From Candidatus Fermentibacteraceae bacterium (GTDB lineage Bacteria > Fermentibacterota > Fermentibacteria > Fermentibacterales > JCC-6), in contig JAWLEP010000062.1 in NCBI GenBank assembly GCA_041686025.1, positions 1-11,398 on the forward strand: 11,398 nt of DNA, written 5' to 3'. Of this stretch, positions 6,672-11,398 are shown in pieces. The notes beneath the pieces were generated by a model. The model was not told the DNA's origin and did no database searches. It saw only the letters and a list, made by a program, of their open reading frames with translations. The translations under genes and the position numbers were made by a program. Numbering within the stretch: the first letter of the stretch is position 1; the number at the start of each line of letters is the position of its first letter.

Positions 6672-7503
6672 GGGACAGCCCTCCCGAGACTATCAGGGCC
6701 AGGGCCCCCAGGTTGGCCAGCACCAGCATCACGGCCAGCCCCGGATGGTAGGCGGCGGGTCTGCGGGCGGCCAGCCGCGACCCCAGCAGCAGGGCCGTGA
6801 TGCAGCCCACCCAGATGAAGGGCCACATCGCCATGCCCTCCATGAGCACGGTGGCCAGGAAGGCGCCGAAGGAGACCACGAACAGCCAGGTGGATGCCAT
6901 GGAGAGCCGGCTCACCCAGTGCTCGGCGACCACCAGGGGGGGCAGCTCGTAGAACAGGCCCGACCGCTCGGGGATCTTCAGCTTGATGAGGAAGCTGAGG
7001 GCGAAGGCGAATGAGATGGAGAGGGCGGCGGTGGCCAGGATGGCGGCGGCCCCGCCCAGCCACTCCAGGCCCGCCAGCTCGGTTCTCTCCGGGGTCACCG
7101 GCTCCAGGAATATCACCACCAGAAGCAGCACCGCCTGCTCCGCGCCCAGGATGGTCAGGACGATCCAGCGGTCTATCACCCTGCGGCCCAACATCCGAAC
7201 CAGCTGGATGAGCATTATCAGGGCGCACACCTGCCCCAGGCGGTCGATGAGCACGCGGTGCCCGGTGATGTTGGCGGCCACCGCGAAGACGGACATGGTC
7301 AGGAAGAGCTGCACGATCCTGACGATGCGCAGCTGCTTTGTCACGTGCCGCCACGACCTGGTAGCCCCCGGGGCGCTGCTCTCGTCCAGGTGGCGGGCGA
7401 GCCCCTGCGGCCGGTCCTGGTAATGGCGGTGGAGGAACTCCTGCAGAAAGATGGCCAGAAGCGTGGCCACGCAGAAGATGTCCAGCCATTGCCCGAAGGT
7501 CAT
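6661..7503 (-). CDS. Polytopic membrane protein, distantly CcsA/HemX/YpjD (cytochrome c assembly family)-like
   Basis: 280 aa with about 8 hydrophobic segments. ALSISFAFALSFLIKLKIPERSGLFYELPPLVVAEHWVSRL resembles the family's helix-basic loop-LP(P/S)L signature. ATGA overlap with the MFS gene. The CDS is well supported; the family call is tentative. Confidence 0.6.
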   Translation of the reverse strand: MTFGQWLDIFCVATLLAIFLQEFLHRHYQDRPQGLARHLDESSAPGATRSWRHVTKQLRIVRIVQLFLTMSVFAVAANITGHRVLIDRLGQVCALIMLIQLVRMLGRRVIDRWIVLTILGAEQAVLLLVVIFLEPVTPERTELAGLEWLGGAAAILATAALSISFAFALSFLIKLKIPERSGLFYELPPLVVAEHWVSRLSMASTWLFVVSFGAFLATVLMEGMAMWPFIWVGCITALLLGSRLAARRPAAYHPGLAVMLVLANLGALALIVSGGLSPGA

Positions 7504-8789
7504 GCCCGCTCACCCCTCCCAACGGTGGCCAGGAGCCCGCCCCCGGCCAGGAAAAGCACCGCAAGGGAGAGTATGGAGCCTCGGGCGCTTCCCGTCAGGT
7601 CCCTCACCAGGGCGAACAGCAGCGGGCCGAATATGCTGGCGAAACGGGTGGATATGGAGAAGAAGCCGAAGTACTCGGCGTTCATACCCTCGGGGACCAT
7701 GGTGGAGAAGTAGCTGCGGCTCACCGCCTGGATGCCCCCCTGGAACAGCCCCACCGCACCGGCCAGCACCCAGAACTCCCAGGCCGCCTCCATTCGGAAG
7801 GCGTAAAGGATTATGGCCAGGTAGCCGGCGATTCCGACACCTATCATCCTCTTCGCCCCGAACCTGGTGGCCAGGGACCCGTAGGCCAGGCTGGCGGGCA
7901 CCCCTATGGCCTGGGTCATCAGCAGCGCCCCTATCAGGTGGCCGGTTCCCAGTCCCAGATCGGCCTTGCCGAAGACGGTGGCCATCATGATCACCGTCTG
8001 CACCCCGTCGTTGTACAGGAGGTAGGCCAGCAGGAAGCGGAATGCGTCCCGGTGGGCGCCTATGTGGCGGAAGGTGCCGGCCAGCCGCGACAGGCCCTCC
8101 CGCAGCGCGGCTCCCAGACCCCTGGCGCTGCCGCCGCGGCCCTCCGGGACCCACAGGAAGAGCGGCAGGGAGAACAGCCCCCACCAGACCGCCACGGAGA
8201 GGAAAGACATGCGGGTTCCCTGCCCGGCGTCTAACATCCCGAACATCCCCGGACGGCGGATCATCAGCAGGTTCAGCGCCAGCAGCAGCCCGCCCCCCAG
8301 GTAGCCCATGGCAAAGCCCCGGGCGGAGACCAGGTCGCGCCTCTCCGGCGGGGCCGCCGACATCAGCAGGGAGTTGTAGAAGACGTTGGAGCCGGCGAAG
8401 CCTATCTGCCCCGCCACCAGCAGTCCCAGCACCGGCCATATGTCCCCCTCGCCGGTGAGGGAGAGCAGGCCGGCGGAGGCAACGCCCACCGCGGTAAGCA
8501 GGCCGGTGAGCCGCTTGCGGCTGCGGGAGGCGTCCGCCGCGGCGCCGAACAGGGGCGACAGCAGGGCCACCACCGCTGCCGCCAGAGCCATGGCGTAGCC
8601 CCACAGGGAGGTGGCAGTACTGTCCATGCTTCGGCCCAGGAGGTTCCAGGTAACGGTCTCCGTGCCGCAGACCACGTCGGCGAAGTACACCGGCAGCACC
8701 GCAGCGGTGATGGTTGTGACGAAGGACGAGTTGGCCCAGTCGTAGAGGCACCAGGCCCACTCGGCCACCCGGTCGCGGGCCGTTCTCAC
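7500..8789 (-). CDS. MFS transporter, UMF1/Atg22/BtlA-like family
   Basis: AWCLYDWANSSFVTTITAAVLPVYF, LSPLFGAAAD, SNVFYNSLL, VSARGFAMGYLGG, LYNDGVQT, QGGIQAVSRSYF, AEYFGFFS; about 12 TM segments. GTGA overlap with the upstream HAD stop. Confidence 0.92.
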   Translation of the reverse strand: MRTARDRVAEWAWCLYDWANSSFVTTITAAVLPVYFADVVCGTETVTWNLLGRSMDSTATSLWGYAMALAAAVVALLSPLFGAAADASRSRKRLTGLLTAVGVASAGLLSLTGEGDIWPVLGLLVAGQIGFAGSNVFYNSLLMSAAPPERRDLVSARGFAMGYLGGGLLLALNLLMIRRPGMFGMLDAGQGTRMSFLSVAVWWGLFSLPLFLWVPEGRGGSARGLGAALREGLSRLAGTFRHIGAHRDAFRFLLAYLLYNDGVQTVIMMATVFGKADLGLGTGHLIGALLMTQAIGVPASLAYGSLATRFGAKRMIGVGIAGYLAIILYAFRMEAAWEFWVLAGAVGLFQGGIQAVSRSYFSTMVPEGMNAEYFGFFSISTRFASIFGPLLFALVRDLTGSARGSILSLAVLFLAGGGLLATVGRGERA

Positions 8790-9481
8790 CGGCTTCTGCC
8801 CAGCAGAATCGACAGAAGCCGGCCCGTGTCGGAGAGGCCGGAGACCACCTCGGAGGCACCGCTATGGGAGAGGGTGGCCTCGTCGTAGGGGCCGGTGGCC
8901 ACCCCCAGTGTGCTGAGGCCGTGGGCCCTTCCGCAGGCGATGTCGTGGGGCGTGTCACCCACCACCCAGCATGCGCCGTCCGGTTCGCGGCCGACATAGG
9001 CGGTGGCCCGCCGTAGGGCCACCGGCACCAGGTCCCGCCTCTGCGGGCCGTCCTCGGCGAAAGCGCCGAAGCGGAAGTAGCCGTCCAGGCCCACCCGGGC
9101 CAGCTTCAGCCACGCCCCCTCCCGCCAGTTTCCGGTGAGTATCCCCGAGACCACGTCCTCCTCGCCGGCCAGCCGCTGCAGAAGCTCGGCCGCCCCGGGA
9201 AGGGCCCTGGCCCCGCTGTCGGGGCTGGCCAGGTTGCGGGCCAGGCAGCGCAGGTACTCCTCCCTCAGCCGCTGCAGGGCCGGGGGAGAGGGGGCCGTGA
9301 CGCAGGCCAGGGCGTCCAGCAGTATCAGCCGGTCGGTGCGGCCGGCGAACTCCACCTTCCCGAAGGCCCCCCGCCCGCCGCCGCAGGCGTCCATGGCGTC
9401 CTCCATGGCGCAGGAGCCGGCGCCCCCGCTGTCCAGCAGGGTCATGTCCACGTCGAACAGCACCAGAACCAAGGGCATCAC
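8786..9481 (-). CDS. HAD-superfamily hydrolase (phosphoglycolate phosphatase-like)
   Basis: LVLFDVDMTLL (motif I), FAGRTD cap, ALPGA, ILTGN (motif II), VVGDTPHDIACG (motif IV), GVATG. Start is GTG 9481 or ATG 9478. Confidence 0.9.
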   Translation of the reverse strand: MMPLVLVLFDVDMTLLDSGGAGSCAMEDAMDACGGGRGAFGKVEFAGRTDRLILLDALACVTAPSPPALQRLREEYLRCLARNLASPDSGARALPGAAELLQRLAGEEDVVSGILTGNWREGAWLKLARVGLDGYFRFGAFAEDGPQRRDLVPVALRRATAYVGREPDGACWVVGDTPHDIACGRAHGLSTLGVATGPYDEATLSHSGASEVVSGLSDTGRLLSILLGRSR

Positions 9482-9503
9482 CTCTCAGAAAGAAGGACAG
9501 CAG

Positions 9504-9533
9504 AACATAAGCCCCGGCCCTCCGCCCCGTCAG
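9504..9533 (-). promoter_or_regulatory. Possible promoter for the HAD-MFS-membrane protein-radical SAM operon
   Basis: Minus strand CTGACG (9533-9528), 18 nt, TATGTT (9509-9504). Confidence 0.3.
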
Positions 9534-9535
9534 TC

Positions 9536-9564
9536 TTGGCCCCGGCGTCCGCAGTACTTATGCT
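9536..9564 (+). promoter_or_regulatory. Putative sigma70 promoter for pckA
   Basis: TTGGCC (9536-9541), 17 nt, TATGCT (9559-9564); SD GGAGG at 9596-9600. Confidence 0.55.
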
Positions 9565-9605
9565 TATCAACTCAAAGCAAACGACGCCCCTTCCGGGAGG
9601 ATGAA

Positions 9606-11255
9606 ATGGACCACAGGACACGGATTGAGAGGCTTCTGGGCGGAGACGGCGTGAAGCGCAACATCCCCCGCAGCCAGATGATCGAGGAAGGCGTTGACAA
9701 CGGCGAGGCCATGGTCAGCGCCTGCGGGGCATTGGCCACGTGGACTCCCACCGAGTCCACCGGCCGCAGCCCGAAGGACACGGTAATAGTGGAGCGGGCG
9801 GAGAGCAGAAGCTCCATCGACTGGACCAGCCCCAACAACATCCCGGTGGACCCCGAGACCTTCGACATGGTGATGTCCGACGCCCTGGACCTGCTGGAGA
9901 AGAGCCCCCGGCTCTACGCCACCGACAGGATGCTGGGCGCCGACCCCGCCTACGCCCTTCCCGTGCACACGGTGACCGACTGGGCCCTCACCGCCCTGTT
10001 CACCGACAACATGTTCCGGCCCCGGGACGAGGAGCTGCTGTCAGGCAGCGTCTTCGCCGACCAGCCCTTCCACCTGGTGGTGCTTCCCTACCACAAGCTG
10101 GACCCGGACAGGTACCAGGGACGGCTGCGCATCGACCCCAGGCTGGGCCACACCTCCACCATGATGGTGGGGATGGACATGGACCGCCGGCTGGGGGTGG
10201 TCTTCGGCTCCGCCTACGGCGGAAGCGTCAAGAAGCTGATGTTCACCGTCATGAACTACCTGCTTCCCGAGGAGGGAATACTGCCCCTGCACTGCAGCGC
10301 CAACGAGGGCCGGGAAGGCGACAGCGCCCTGCTGCTGGGCCTGTCGGGGACGGGGAAGACCACACTGTCCGCCGACCCCTCCCGGGCCCTGCTGGGCGAC
10401 GACGAGCACGGCTGGTCGGACAACGGCATCTCCAACTTCGAGAACGGCTGCTACGCCAAGCTGATAGACCTCAGCGCCGAGAAGGAGCCGGAGATACACA
10501 ACGCCTGCTTCCACGAAGACGACTACCGCAGCCACGGCGCCATAGTGGAGAACGCCATGGTCTACCCCTGGGGGGAGTTCGACCTCTACGACGACCGGTT
10601 CACCCCCAACAGCCGGGGCTCCTACCCGCTGCGCTACCTCTCCAACATCAAGGAGAGCTCCCGGGCCGGACATCCCGAGACCATCCTCTTCCTCACCGCG
10701 GACGCCAACGGGGTGATACCGCCGGTGTCGAAGCTCACCCGGCAGCAGGCCATGCTGTGGTTCCTGATGGGGTACACCAGCAAGCTGGCCGGGACGGAGA
10801 CCGGCATTACCGAGCCGGTGACGGTGTTCAGCCGCTTCTTCGGCGAGCCCTTCATGCCCCGCAACCCCGATGTCTACGCCACCATGCTGGGGGAGCGGAT
10901 GGAGCGCCATGGCACGTCGGTGTACCTGATCAACACCGGCTGGACCGGCGGCCCCTACGGCCAGGGCAGCCGCATCGACCTGCCCCTCACCCGGGCCATG
11001 GTGAACGCCGCCCTCTCGGGGAGGCTCGAGGACGTGGAGTACAGAAGCGACCCGGTGTTCAAGGTGCAGGTGCCCCTCACCTGCCCCGGCATCGAGGACA
11101 CCACCATCCTCACCCCCGAGCGCACCTGGGACGACCCGGCCGCCTGCCGGGCCCGGGCGGAGAAGCTGGCGGGGGAGTTCGCCGAGCACTTCCGGCGGGC
11201 CTACGGCGACAAGGGCATCCCCGAGGAGATCGCCGGGGAGTGCCCGGGCAGGTAG
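9606..11255 (+). CDS. pckA: Phosphoenolpyruvate carboxykinase (ATP)
   Basis: TGRSPKD, LPLHCSAN, P-loop GLSGTGKTTLSAD, LGDDEHGW, NFENGCYAK, FLTADANGVIPPVSKL, GYTSKLAGTE, YLINTGWTGG. The real start is ATG 9606 (GGAGG 5 nt upstream), not 9135; 549 aa. Confidence 0.97.
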   Translation: MDHRTRIERLLGGDGVKRNIPRSQMIEEGVDNGEAMVSACGALATWTPTESTGRSPKDTVIVERAESRSSIDWTSPNNIPVDPETFDMVMSDALDLLEKSPRLYATDRMLGADPAYALPVHTVTDWALTALFTDNMFRPRDEELLSGSVFADQPFHLVVLPYHKLDPDRYQGRLRIDPRLGHTSTMMVGMDMDRRLGVVFGSAYGGSVKKLMFTVMNYLLPEEGILPLHCSANEGREGDSALLLGLSGTGKTTLSADPSRALLGDDEHGWSDNGISNFENGCYAKLIDLSAEKEPEIHNACFHEDDYRSHGAIVENAMVYPWGEFDLYDDRFTPNSRGSYPLRYLSNIKESSRAGHPETILFLTADANGVIPPVSKLTRQQAMLWFLMGYTSKLAGTETGITEPVTVFSRFFGEPFMPRNPDVYATMLGERMERHGTSVYLINTGWTGGPYGQGSRIDLPLTRAMVNAALSGRLEDVEYRSDPVFKVQVPLTCPGIEDTTILTPERTWDDPAACRARAEKLAGEFAEHFRRAYGDKGIPEEIAGECPGR

Positions 11256-11285
11256 CCGGCCCCGGACAGCGCGGCGTATCGGAGT

Positions 11286-11315
11286 GGGCGGCGGGTCTTC
11301 CCGCCGCCCCGTTCT
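11286..11315 (+). terminator. GC-rich hairpin, probable intrinsic terminator after pckA (possibly bidirectional)
   Basis: GGGCGGCGGG-TCTT-CCCGCCGCCC is a perfect 10-bp stem (11286-11309) followed by only a weak T-tract (CGTTCT), 30 nt after the pckA stop. Confidence 0.6.
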
Positions 11316-11330
11316 GGCAGTATCTGTGGA

Positions 11331-11398
11331 TCAGTCCGGAGCGCCAACCACCTCCAGCCTGCCGGTGCTCACCAGAGAGCCGCACTGGAACCGCACCA
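11331..11398 (-). CDS. Probable 3' end of a convergent gene entering from the right edge (...VRFQCGSLVSTGRLEVVGAPD*)
   Basis: Minus-strand frame with GC3-rich codons ends at TGA 11331-11333, just before the hairpin. Only about 21 residues are visible. Confidence 0.4.
   Translation of the reverse strand, partial: VRFQCGSLVSTGRLEVVGAPD

Noticed and set aside
4837..8997. Long alternative-frame ORFs (4837-6309, 6407-7564, 7510-8997, 5535-6473)
   Set aside because: Low-complexity R/G/P/A translations overlapping well-supported genes; no sign of programmed frameshifts or real overprinting.
9135..9605. N-terminal extension of the 706-aa pckA ORF
   Set aside because: Antisense to the HAD gene and crosses the promoter region; SD and PckA similarity begin at ATG 9606.
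10041..11189. 382-aa minus-strand ORF inside pckA
   Set aside because: Antisense shadow of a conserved enzyme gene.
11340..11398. Window ends in ...CACCA, like a tRNA 3' end
   Set aside because: No TTCRA T-loop or cloverleaf pairing upstream; better explained as minus-strand coding sequence.
1..11398. CRISPR arrays, IS elements, integrases, defence or toxin-antitoxin genes
   Set aside because: No periodic repeat-spacer array, terminal inverted repeats, recombinase/nuclease motifs or compositional shift seen; AT-richer patches are limited to short intergenic regions.

Overview
GC-rich bacterial chromosomal window with no mobile element, CRISPR array or RNA gene recognised. Left to right: (1) a minus-strand dtxR/mntR-feoA fusion translationally coupled to feoB. 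feoB runs off the left edge and is missing from the ORF track. A TTAGG-N4-CCTAA DtxR-family operator lies just upstream. (2) A divergent HAD hydrolase with a D-x-E motif I. (3) A convergent calcineurin-like metallophosphoesterase. (4) A tightly overlapping minus-strand four-gene operon: HAD hydrolase, UMF1/Atg22-type MFS transporter, a CcsA/HemX-like membrane protein apparently lacking heme ligands, and a B12-binding radical SAM enzyme that seems to start at a non-canonical CTG about 57 codons upstream of the ORF-track start. (5) Divergent pckA (ATP-dependent PEP carboxykinase) followed by a GC hairpin, then the probable 3' end of a convergent gene. The most interesting candidates are the four-gene radical SAM operon, two probable CTG starts and an 18-bp-phased TTGATG/CATCAA triplet at 4817-4858. 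All family calls come from manual motif recognition; no database searches were run.
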